Of a DNA stretch of 35,012 nucleotides, positions 26,317 to 33,306 are shown piece after piece. The stretch comes from Anaerolineaceae bacterium (GTDB lineage Bacteria > Chloroflexota > Anaerolineae > Anaerolineales > Anaerolineaceae). Every line of letters begins with the position of its first letter. Position 1 is the stretch's first letter. Position numbers and translations under genes: made by a program. The notes beneath the pieces were generated by a model. The model saw nothing but the letters and a program-made list of their open reading frames with translations. It was not told where the DNA came from and did no database searches. The stretch covers positions 1 to 35,012 of the forward strand of contig DAIEPS010000001.1 of the NCBI GenBank assembly GCA_027348305.1. Direction: 5' to 3'.

Positions 26317-26934
26317 TTAAATCTTTGAAATTTTGGCGCGTTCGTAATGGCGGTGGGCCTTGGCACGGTTCCCGCAGGTTTTCATATCACACCAGCGGCG
26401 CATTCCATTCCGGCTGTTATCCATGAACAACCAATAACATCCGCTGCATTCTCTGATTCGCTGAACACGGTCAGAAGTCAGAAGTTCTGCCGTTGAAAGC
26501 GCCAGCGGCCAAAGCATCCAGTCAAGACTGCCTTCTTTGTTGATCCATGTCCATCTGATCCCCTCGGTCGAAGAGGTTACTATCCGATGGCGCATCGCCT
26601 CTTGCAAATAGTGATTGAGAATTTCGAACTCTTTGTTGGATGGTGTTTGTTGATGCGCGATGGCGGTAAACAGCCGGTAATTCGCGTCGCGCAGGGTGAT
26701 GATCTTCTCGAACGCTTTTTGGGTTTCGCGAGCATCTTTTTTTGCCAGTTGGAGCAGACTTTCAACATCCGTATCGCCAAGGATGTTGAGCTGCCTTAAC
26801 CAGTGAACCACGTCTTCATAGCCCGAAAACAGGTCGGTAAAAGGTTCGATGCGCGTATTCCAAACCTTGCTGTTAACGAAATCGAGGCAGGGGTCGCTGT
26901 ATTTCACATACGCATAAATATCCGTCATCATCAT
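26317..26934 (-). CDS. ABATE-domain / CGNR zinc-finger putative transcription regulator
   Basis: The C-terminus reads CSGCYWLFMDNSRNGMRRWCDMKTCGNRAKAHRHYER, the CGNR zinc-finger signature. Confidence 0.8.
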   Translation of the reverse strand: MMMTDIYAYVKYSDPCLDFVNSKVWNTRIEPFTDLFSGYEDVVHWLRQLNILGDTDVESLLQLAKKDARETQKAFEKIITLRDANYRLFTAIAHQQTPSNKEFEILNHYLQEAMRHRIVTSSTEGIRWTWINKEGSLDWMLWPLALSTAELLTSDRVQRIRECSGCYWLFMDNSRNGMRRWCDMKTCGNRAKAHRHYERAKISKI

Positions 26935-26940
26935 ATCAGT

Positions 26941-27022
26941 ATTATAACCTATAAAAGCCCTTGACAGGTTATTAATCTTGTATTAGTATTATAACCAGTA
27001 AATCAAATAAACAGGTTATAAT
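26941..27022. promoter_or_regulatory. Two tandem copies of an ATAACC-N17-GGTTAT inverted repeat in a divergent promoter region
   Basis: ATTATAACC (26941-26949) pairs with GGTTATTAAT (26967-26976). ATTATAACC (26988-26996) pairs with GGTTATAAT (27014-27022). TTGACA (26961-26966), 17 nt, then TAGTAT (26984-26989) lies between them, and the half-sites contain TATAAT on either strand. Confidence 0.5.
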
Positions 27023-27064
27023 TGATACAGATCAAGGTAACTCTCACACAAGAAGGAGGTGTTG

Positions 27065-27511
27065 ATGAAAGAAATGGATCGCCGTCAATTCTTCAGAGCA
27101 GCAGGTTTTGCGTTTGGGGCGGTTTTGATCGGAGGTTGTATTCCGAAAACGCCGTCAATTATGGCAACCCCTCAAGCAACCTCAACCAACACCCCAAAAC
27201 CGCAACCCTCAACACTGTCCGTTGACCTGGAGAATCGATACATCGCATACTGCGGGAACGATTGCAAAAGGTGCCCGCAATTCGACAACGGCTGCAATGG
27301 AGGATGTCTCGGCGAAGCCTGCAGCATGGCATGCAGCAGTTGTTCGGTCAGGCGTTGTGCCATCCGCACTAAAGTAGCGAACTGCGCGAAGTGTGACAAG
27401 TATCCATGCAAAACGCTGGAAACCCAGTACGAGAATATGAAAAGCGATGGTTACCCCTCATGGGCAAAAATGGCCAGGGCGGTCCTGGATACGGTAAAAG
27501 GATCGGAGTGA
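27065..27511 (+). CDS. Tat-signal lipoprotein with a Cys-rich DUF3795-like domain
   Basis: Twin-arginine motif DRRQFFRAAG, a hydrophobic region, and lipobox LIGGC. Twelve Cys then occur within about 57 residues (CGNDCKRCPQF...CNGGC...CSSCSVRRCAIR...CAKCDKYPC), matching the DUF3795 pattern from memory. AAGGAGG Shine-Dalgarno lies 6 nt upstream. Confidence 0.7.
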   Translation: MKEMDRRQFFRAAGFAFGAVLIGGCIPKTPSIMATPQATSTNTPKPQPSTLSVDLENRYIAYCGNDCKRCPQFDNGCNGGCLGEACSMACSSCSVRRCAIRTKVANCAKCDKYPCKTLETQYENMKSDGYPSWAKMARAVLDTVKGSE

Positions 27512-27522
27512 TCCTTTTCTCA
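27496..27522 (+). terminator. Rho-independent terminator overlapping the stop codon
   Basis: AAAAGGATC-ggagt-GATCCTTTT followed by CTC. Confidence 0.6.
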
Positions 27523-28018
27523 TTGATCTGAGATCAGTTGATGTGGTTCAGCGGTCCATCCGCGGCGGGAGGAAAGGAATGATCGGAATGTTCTCTTCAC
27601 TGGCAATAAACCTGGCCATCAGGCTCGTCAGGCAGATAAACAGATATGGATGGATCACCTCGGTGTCGAATTTTCATTATTGGCGTGACTTATCAGAAGC
27701 GAGTTTATGAGGCTCTCATGCGGATAATCAGGCTCATTCAAAAGATCGTGCAAATTTGTCTTGAACACGAAAAGACACTCATCCTGAGTTACAAATTCAA
27801 AGAACGGCAGCGTCAGGAATTCTTGCATTCTTATGAACTGAAAGATTGGGCGAAGTTCGAAAGTTATTTTGGGAATGGCAGAATATTCTGACAAATGCCA
27901 TTAAGGCTGCTGTTGTTTGGATGGGGGAAACGATCGGATCTCAACCTGTGGCTTTGACAACTACTTAATAATCAAAAGAGAGCATTTCCCTTAAGCTTGC
28001 TGAGAGAAAAGGTTAGTA

Positions 28019-28088
28019 ATTCTTGCCTCATCCACCCCCCAACACGCGCAGCGTAGGGGGCAGAGGTGAGGCCGCAGTAACAAGGAAT
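28019..28088. other. GC-rich irregular hairpin of about 70 nt inside an AT-rich non-coding gap
   Basis: Nested pairings: ATTCTT with AAGGAAT, GCCTCA with TGAGGC, and CCCCC with GGGGG. No known RNA family was recognised. Confidence 0.3.
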
Positions 28089-28237
28089 CACAATAACTTA
28101 TGCATTATGAATAAACTTGATACCCCGCAGCTTACCATGGGGAGAGTTCATTTAAATTACTGTTTTTCGCAACTTGCACCACGCTTTTACGTTAATAGAT
28201 ATAGACACGCGGGTATTTTTCAGGCGGGGACCTATCT

Positions 28238-28861
28238 ATGAACGGGTTTATTACGGAATCGATCAGCAAGATCGCGGACGGCTTCGGCAGCGCACTGAAA
28301 CTGCTGGGTTTTGTCGTGCTGTCGACCCTGGCTTTCATTCCGATAAAGGCAAATTTGGGAATCTACGGAGTGGTGGGGCTGCTGGCGGTCTTGCTGCTTC
28401 TCTCCCTGTTTTACATATACCGATCATTCAATCCTGGTTTTGAAGACCGACAAAAAGCCTGGTGTGGTATGGCCGCAGGCGCGCTGCTCTGGCAGGTGAC
28501 CCGCTACTTACCCGAGATCCCGGGGTGGGGATGGGTAAGCAAGGCCGGCATCCTTTATTGGGCTGGTACGGTGCTGCTGACGCTCCTGCTGTGGAAGCGT
28601 GTTTTGAGCGTGGGCGCAAGGTTCACGCTGCTGACTTTCTTGCTCAATTGGATCGGCGGCATTTACCTGGCGACCATGGATAGGGCCGGCGTCTGGCCTC
28701 AGTTCGTCGCGCAGGCTTATGGAGCAGCACACTACCTGGGGATACTCGGTATCCTCTTCAGCATCTGGTGGATCGTGTGGCGCAGTCACAACAGCCTTGA
28801 ACGCAAATACGGTGGGCTGGCGCTTTATTTCAGTGTGCTTTTTACTTTCCTGTTTTTCTAG
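28238..28861 (+). CDS. Hypothetical integral membrane protein (5-6 helices)
   Basis: Hydrophobic periodicity throughout, rich in Trp and Leu. No family was recognised. Confidence 0.6.
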   Translation: MNGFITESISKIADGFGSALKLLGFVVLSTLAFIPIKANLGIYGVVGLLAVLLLLSLFYIYRSFNPGFEDRQKAWCGMAAGALLWQVTRYLPEIPGWGWVSKAGILYWAGTVLLTLLLWKRVLSVGARFTLLTFLLNWIGGIYLATMDRAGVWPQFVAQAYGAAHYLGILGILFSIWWIVWRSHNSLERKYGGLALYFSVLFTFLFF

Positions 28862-28870
28862 ATCGGAATA

Positions 28871-30118
28871 CTAACCGGGCAAGCCCAGAAGCTCATCATA
28901 CACGCCTCTGATGCGTGTAGATATCTTGTCCCAACTGTACCAACTGGCGTACTCGGCTGCCTGTTTCCCGAGACGGGCGCGCAATTCAGGCTGCTGGATG
29001 AGCTTGGTCAGCGCCTTGGCCAGCGCACAGGCGTCTCCGCCAGGGACGACGTAGCCGGTGATGCCGTCCTGCACCAAAAAGGCCAGGCCGCCTACCTGCG
29101 AGGCGATCACGGGGGTTCCACAGGCCATGGCTTCAAGCGCCACCATGCCAAAGGATTCGTAATAAGACGGCATGACAAGAATATCCGCCGCGGAATAGTA
29201 ATAGGGCAGGGTCTCTTGGGCGCGTTTACCCAGGAACAACACCACATCATTCATGTTCAATTCACTGCATAAAGCCTGCAGGCGGGCCATTTCAGCCGTC
29301 ATTTCTTCGGTGGGTGCATCAGGGTCACCGCCGATGATCGCCAGTGAATAGCATTGCTTTTCAAGTACGCCCGACTCGCGGACAATGGCCAGCGCTCGGA
29401 TTAGCGTATCCACCCCCTTGAGTGGTTCGATGCGCCCCACAAAGAGCAACATCCGCGGACAGCCCTTGTGCCCGATAGCTTCTTTGGCTTCGTCGTCTGG
29501 GATTGGATAGAAACGGGCGACATCCACCCCGGGCGGGATGATGACGATCCTCTGGTCATCCACCCCGTAAAGGAACTCGAGCTGGGCTTCTTCAGCCTGG
29601 GTGGCGGCCACAATTCGGTCTGCCATGCGCATCACCTGGCGTTCGCCGTTGATGCGGTAGTCGCCTTCCATCTCTTCGGGCGATTGGGCAATGCGGTTCT
29701 TCATCAGACCGAGCGTGTGGAACATTTGCAGCACCGGCACTTTCCATTCGGCCTTGAGCATTTCAGCCGCCACGCCGGACATCCAGTAATGGCTGTGGAT
29801 CAGGTCGTAGTGGATGCCTTTCTCGGCGGCAAAGCGTTTGATACCCTCCACAAAGGTGGGGATGTGGGTGGCGAGTTCGGGTTTGGGCAGCGGAATTTCG
29901 GGGCCGGCGGGCACGTGCACCACACGGTTGCCGTAGCCCAGCGAATGGACCACGTGCGGCACATGCTCATCCTGTGAACGGGTGAACACATCCACGTGGA
30001 CGCCGTCGCAGCCCAACTGGCGTGTGAGCTCGGCGACATACACGTTCATGCCACCAGTGTCTTTGCCGCCCAACGTTGCCAGAGGACAGGTGTGATAAGA
30101 GATCATGGCGATGTTCAA
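28871..30118 (-). CDS. GT4 retaining glycosyltransferase, MshA-like
   Basis: The N-terminus reads MISYHTCPLATLGGKDTGGMNVYV and the C-terminal block is ESFGMVALEAMACGTPVIAS. The true acceptor is unknown. Confidence 0.8.
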   Translation of the reverse strand: MNIAMISYHTCPLATLGGKDTGGMNVYVAELTRQLGCDGVHVDVFTRSQDEHVPHVVHSLGYGNRVVHVPAGPEIPLPKPELATHIPTFVEGIKRFAAEKGIHYDLIHSHYWMSGVAAEMLKAEWKVPVLQMFHTLGLMKNRIAQSPEEMEGDYRINGERQVMRMADRIVAATQAEEAQLEFLYGVDDQRIVIIPPGVDVARFYPIPDDEAKEAIGHKGCPRMLLFVGRIEPLKGVDTLIRALAIVRESGVLEKQCYSLAIIGGDPDAPTEEMTAEMARLQALCSELNMNDVVLFLGKRAQETLPYYYSAADILVMPSYYESFGMVALEAMACGTPVIASQVGGLAFLVQDGITGYVVPGGDACALAKALTKLIQQPELRARLGKQAAEYASWYSWDKISTRIRGVYDELLGLPG

Positions 30119-30127
30119 GTGATTTCC

Positions 30128-30157
30128 TTGCCTTTTCAGCGAGGGTGCTGATATAAT
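30128..30157 (+). promoter_or_regulatory. Promoter for tRNA-Thr
   Basis: TTGCCT (30128-30133), an 18-nt spacer, then an extended -10 TGA-TATAAT (TATAAT at 30152-30157), about 25 nt before the tRNA 5' end. Confidence 0.5.
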
Positions 30158-30181
30158 TTGCCTCGCGCTGGTAATTATATC

Positions 30182-30254
30182 GCCACCATAGCTCAGTTGG
30201 TAGAGCGACCGCTTCGTAAGTGGTAGGTCCAGGGTTCGATCCCCTGTGGTGGCT
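30182..30254 (+). tRNA. tRNA-Thr (anticodon CGU)
   Basis: Cloverleaf folded by hand. Acceptor stem GCCACCA/TGGTGGC, D stem GCTC/GAGC, anticodon stem ACCGC/GTGGT with loop TTCGTAA, 5-nt variable loop, T arm CAGGG-TTCGATC-CCCTG, discriminator T. The CCA end is not encoded. Confidence 0.95.
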
Positions 30255-30330
30255 CTTTTTAATTAATGGGGAGAGTAGAGAGCAGAGAATCGAGAATTGT
30301 AATTTGTAACTCGTTCCGATTATTTCCTAT

Positions 30331-30519
30331 TTATAATTCGCACTTCACCACGACTTTCTTGACCAAAGCGGATGATCCAACCATCAAGCTCTGCATGTGC
30401 GCGTCTTGCGGAAAGAAGACCGCAAATGAACCTGCCGTCAGATTCAGGGTGCTCCCAAAGTCTCTCAGGCAAGCCCCCCGCGGTTTGATTATCGAGACAT
30501 CCTTTGTCCAATCAAAACC
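30331..30519 (-). pseudogene. 5'-truncated remnant of a YhcH/YjgK/YiaL-family (DUF386) gene
   Basis: The translation ...LNLTAGSFAVFFPQDAHMQSLMVGSSALVKKVVVKCEL matches the C-terminal block of E. coli YhcH (ILKPGMFAVFMPGEPHKPG...IKKVVVKV). Only about 60 of roughly 150 residues remain. The listed N-terminus MKCRFPVFS is simply the hairpin repeat read as protein. Confidence 0.6.
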
Positions 30520-30540
30520 GCGGAGGTCTGCACTTGAACT

Positions 30541-30588
30541 GAATACCGGGAATCTGCACTTCAAGATTCCCGGTATCTGGGGGTTGAC
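30541..30588 (+). repeat. Hairpin repeat, copy C (about 46-nt unit)
   Basis: AATACCGGGAATCTGCAC-ttcaa-GATTCCCGGTATCTGGGGGTTGACC. It has a 12-bp perfect stem and is in the same orientation as copy B. Confidence 0.8.
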
Positions 30589-30606
30589 CTTAATGACAAT
30601 ATCCTT

Positions 30607-30640
30607 ATAAAAACAACACGATCATGATAATAATCATGAT
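30607..30640 (-). terminator. Terminator of the MarR operon
   Basis: ATCATGAT-aata-ATCATGAT is a self-complementary 8-bp stem. On the minus strand it is followed by a T-rich tract (GTGTTGTTTTTAT). Confidence 0.5.
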
Positions 30641-30650
30641 GTTCCTTCTT

Positions 30651-31595
30651 CTACCGTGGATGATCCAGCATGTACTGGTGCAATCGATCCAGCGCCGGGG
30701 TGGGGTTACGTGTTGACCTTGCGATGGCTTGTAACTCATCTGATAACAGTCTTATTTCACTATAAGCCGCGAGAGTGTGGCGCACGGCGATCGTGTCAAA
30801 GTGCTGCGTTTTGCTCCACAATTTGAAGATAGTGCGTGTCAACGCTTTGGGCATGAGCGTAATGATCTTCAACTTGCCGGGGATGATCGGAACGCCCAGT
30901 TGGCGCAGTACGGCAAAACTTTCATGGATGGCATCCACCAGCAGACGCAGCAGGTCAGATCTTTGTGAGAGCACCTTTCCATCCCCACCTGCGGCGAGGA
31001 TGGCGTTGGCAACCGGTGATACCCAGGCGACATGTGTCTTCTGCCATGCCTCTATATTTCTACTAATGGCAGTGGCAAAACCCGCATTTCTGAAAATCCT
31101 GGCAACATCCTTGATCCGTTCTGATTTACTGCCGTCCAGTTCGGCCAATGTGGTTGGCTGTAACACTGGTGAAACGATATGGTAGCGAACCACACCGTCT
31201 TTGCGCGTGCCGCCTGCACCGGCAAAACCGAGCAGCAGCCGCTCTTCGCCCACAGCTTTGATCCAATCCGCATACCCGTTGGGATTGTTAACCATGAATA
31301 AAATGGCCTTCGAATTCCGGTTGGCCGCCAGCGTTGGCAGCAGATCGGTCACCTGATCGCCGCGCACCAGCACGATGATCAGGTCATAACAGTCATCTGG
31401 TTCAAGCGTCTGGCAGACCGGCATACGGTTGACTGTTCGTTCGCCAGAGATGGCTCCCTCAAGAATGACGCCATTCAGCACTATTTCTTCATAACGCTTT
31501 CCGCGCGCCAGTAGCGTCACGTCGTATCCGCATTGGTACAACCGTGCGGCGTAGAGACTACCCAGCACACCGGCACCGTAAACAAGGATCTTCAT
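30651..31595 (-). CDS. Ketopantoate-reductase (ApbA/PanE) family oxidoreductase
   Basis: N-terminal Rossmann motif MKILVYGAGVLGSLYAARL. The 314-aa two-domain size is typical of the family. The substrate is unknown. Confidence 0.7.
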   Translation of the reverse strand: MKILVYGAGVLGSLYAARLYQCGYDVTLLARGKRYEEIVLNGVILEGAISGERTVNRMPVCQTLEPDDCYDLIIVLVRGDQVTDLLPTLAANRNSKAILFMVNNPNGYADWIKAVGEERLLLGFAGAGGTRKDGVVRYHIVSPVLQPTTLAELDGSKSERIKDVARIFRNAGFATAISRNIEAWQKTHVAWVSPVANAILAAGGDGKVLSQRSDLLRLLVDAIHESFAVLRQLGVPIIPGKLKIITLMPKALTRTIFKLWSKTQHFDTIAVRHTLAAYSEIRLLSDELQAIARSTRNPTPALDRLHQYMLDHPR

Positions 31596-32152
31596 TTATC
31601 CGCCTTGCGGGCATTGGCAAAACAGAAATCGCAAAACTCTGCACCGCGGCCGATGGTTTGGGTCCGCTGCCAGAGCACCTGGGCGGACATGCCGCCGTAG
31701 ATCAGGTCATCCACACGGCAGAAGCTGGCGGTCAGTTCGGTTGCGCCGTATGCCGCAAGCGTGTTGTAGTAGAAACAGGTATTCATTCTGAAGCGGATGG
31801 CGTCGCCGTCGACTTGCTGCCATTCCATCACCCAACCCTCCGCGGGGTATTCTTTCATGGCGGTCCTGATATAGGCCCGCAGGATCGGGTAGAAAAGGGG
31901 CAGACGTCCGAGCCGCTGCATGCGTTTGGCGTATCCGCTGTACATCTCTTCAAAGGTCTGGTCGATCTTTTCCAATGCGGATTCCTGCGGCTTGCCATCC
32001 TCCCTGAGGATCTGGTAATAGGCCAGCCCGGGCAAAATGCCCTGCACCAGGTGATGTTTCAGGACCGGGCTTTCGGGAATGCTGTGTTTGGTATAAAGGT
32101 CATAATAGCGGTTGAGAATGCGCTCGTATTGTTTTTGTCCCACCAGCGACAA
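31592..32152 (-). CDS. L-2-amino-thiazoline-4-carboxylic acid hydrolase-like (ATC_hydrolase family) protein
   Basis: The C-terminal block LTASFCRVDDLIYGGMS...WQRTQTIGRGAEFCDFCF resembles the family signature as I recall it. It shares a 4-nt overlap with the downstream reductase gene. Confidence 0.5.
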   Translation of the reverse strand: MSLVGQKQYERILNRYYDLYTKHSIPESPVLKHHLVQGILPGLAYYQILREDGKPQESALEKIDQTFEEMYSGYAKRMQRLGRLPLFYPILRAYIRTAMKEYPAEGWVMEWQQVDGDAIRFRMNTCFYYNTLAAYGATELTASFCRVDDLIYGGMSAQVLWQRTQTIGRGAEFCDFCFANARKADK

Positions 32153-32215
32153 AATGCCCGGGAAAAAGTGCTTCGATAATGGGATTGAATTGTTGGACTT
32201 AATGGTTTTCCTTTG

Positions 32216-32773
32216 TTATTTGATAAAGATGACTGACCGGCTTAAGGCAATCTGCGGATGCGAGACTTCGATGAATCCCAGCTCGAAGCCCAGATCGAGC
32301 TTGGCTTCGAAATTCTTGCGTGTGACATGGATGATCGGTTCCACGATCAGCAGAATGCCATCCGGTTTGAGCATCGAAAAAAGTTCCTGCATAAAGGCCT
32401 TGCGGTTGGTGACCTCATGCACCATCCAGAAGGCGAAGATCATGTCTACGGGTTCGGTCACACCGATCTTGGTGGGCAGGCACAGATGAGGCTGAATGAG
32501 CTCTTGCACCCCTGCAGCTCTGGCCCGCTTTTTAAGCCCGGCGAGCATCTGCGGCTGCAAGTCACCTGCGATGACCTTTCCTTTTGGGCCGACCAGCCTG
32601 GCAAGTTCCAGAGAGAAATAGCCCATACCGCAGCCCACATCCAGCACAGTGTTGCCCGTGCTGACATAGGGGCGCAGAATTTTGTTGGGGTTGTGGACCA
32701 GTTTGCGCATGGGGTTGTCGAAGGTGAACAGCAGCCACCAGGGGCAGGTGAAATTGGATTCAAGTTGTTCCAT
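32216..32773 (-). CDS. Class I SAM-dependent methyltransferase
   Basis: Motif I reads VLDVGCGMGYFSLELA, followed by an acidic post-I residue (IAGDLQ). AAGGAG Shine-Dalgarno upstream. Confidence 0.85.
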   Translation of the reverse strand: MEQLESNFTCPWWLLFTFDNPMRKLVHNPNKILRPYVSTGNTVLDVGCGMGYFSLELARLVGPKGKVIAGDLQPQMLAGLKKRARAAGVQELIQPHLCLPTKIGVTEPVDMIFAFWMVHEVTNRKAFMQELFSMLKPDGILLIVEPIIHVTRKNFEAKLDLGFELGFIEVSHPQIALSRSVIFIK

Positions 32774-32785
32774 AATGATCTCCTT

Positions 32786-32810
32786 TATTAGTTAGGCAAA
32801 ACTAACTATA
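32786..32810. promoter_or_regulatory. Second, imperfect copy of the MarR-type palindrome (TAGTTAG-N6-CTAACTA)
   Basis: TATTAGTTAG-gcaaaa-CTAACTATA lies in the 49-nt gap between the marR stop and the methyltransferase start. Confidence 0.45.
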
Positions 32811-32822
32811 TGATTAAAAAAA

Positions 32823-33254
32823 TTAGCTCATGCCGTCAAATGCTTTGGCCAGCAGCGCGGCGAGCTGTTCAACTTCACCGGGGTTAAGCCTGGCAGCCAG
32901 GTGGTGAGCCAGGCTCTTGTGTACGTTTTGATGTAGTTCATCGAAATCATGCGCTTTTTGAGTTGTCACGATGTGAAAAGAGCGCAGATCTTCGTGGTCT
33001 TGAACCTTTGCCACGTAGCCTTTTTTGATCAATGTTCCCACGTTTGCTGTCACAGACGGTTTTGAGACGTTTAATTCCCTGGCGAGGTCGCTGAAAGTGG
33101 GGTGGCCCATGCGGATGATCGTGTTCAGGTAGAACATCTGGCGCATCGAAAGTTCAGAAAAACGCTCATCTTCAAAGGCGCGTTCTTCCATCTCTGCCAT
33201 AATGGCGCTGGCAGTTTCGATCACTTTTTCGAGGGGTTCAAGATTCGGTTTCAT
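32823..33254 (-). CDS. MarR-family transcriptional regulator
   Basis: 143 aa, with a winged-helix region FSDLARELNVSKPSVTANVGTLIKKGYVAKV. Confidence 0.85.
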   Translation of the reverse strand: MKPNLEPLEKVIETASAIMAEMEERAFEDERFSELSMRQMFYLNTIIRMGHPTFSDLARELNVSKPSVTANVGTLIKKGYVAKVQDHEDLRSFHIVTTQKAHDFDELHQNVHKSLAHHLAARLNPGEVEQLAALLAKAFDGMS

Positions 33255-33283
33255 AATTAGTTAGTCTTTACTAACTAATTATA
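33254..33283. promoter_or_regulatory. Perfect 13-bp inverted repeat, candidate MarR operator
   Basis: ATAATTAGTTAGT-cttt-ACTAACTAATTAT abuts the marR start codon and overlaps the -10 of its promoter. Confidence 0.7.
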
Positions 33284-33306
33284 CTTGCAGATAAATAATT
33301 GTCAAT
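33279..33306 (-). promoter_or_regulatory. Sigma-70-like promoter of the marR operon
   Basis: On the minus strand: TTGACA (33301-33306), a 16-nt spacer, then TATAAT (33279-33284). Confidence 0.6.

Noticed and set aside
26315-26317. dinB and the CGNR gene converge with only 1 nt between their stop codons and no terminator, which might suggest antisense regulation.
   Set aside because: Tight convergent packing is common in compact genomes. Nothing in the sequence, such as a conserved structure or an overlapping ORF, supports a specific mechanism.
27646-27894. An 81-aa plus-strand ORF and a 79-aa minus-strand ORF as real genes.
   Set aside because: The two ORFs are mutually exclusive. Neither has a Shine-Dalgarno, the minus-strand ORF starts at TTG, and neither shows a recognisable motif. 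They are kept only as a possible decayed gene in the finding on the 27512-28237 gap.
17741-30588. The direct 46-nt repeats (copies B and C) might be attL/attR of a 12.8-kb integrated element next to tRNA-Thr.
   Set aside because: The interval contains no integrase, excisionase or transposase. It holds core housekeeping loci (rsfS, the candidate 6S RNA, pgi/pmi, bcp and the tRNA itself) at normal GC. The repeat does not overlap the tRNA 3' end.
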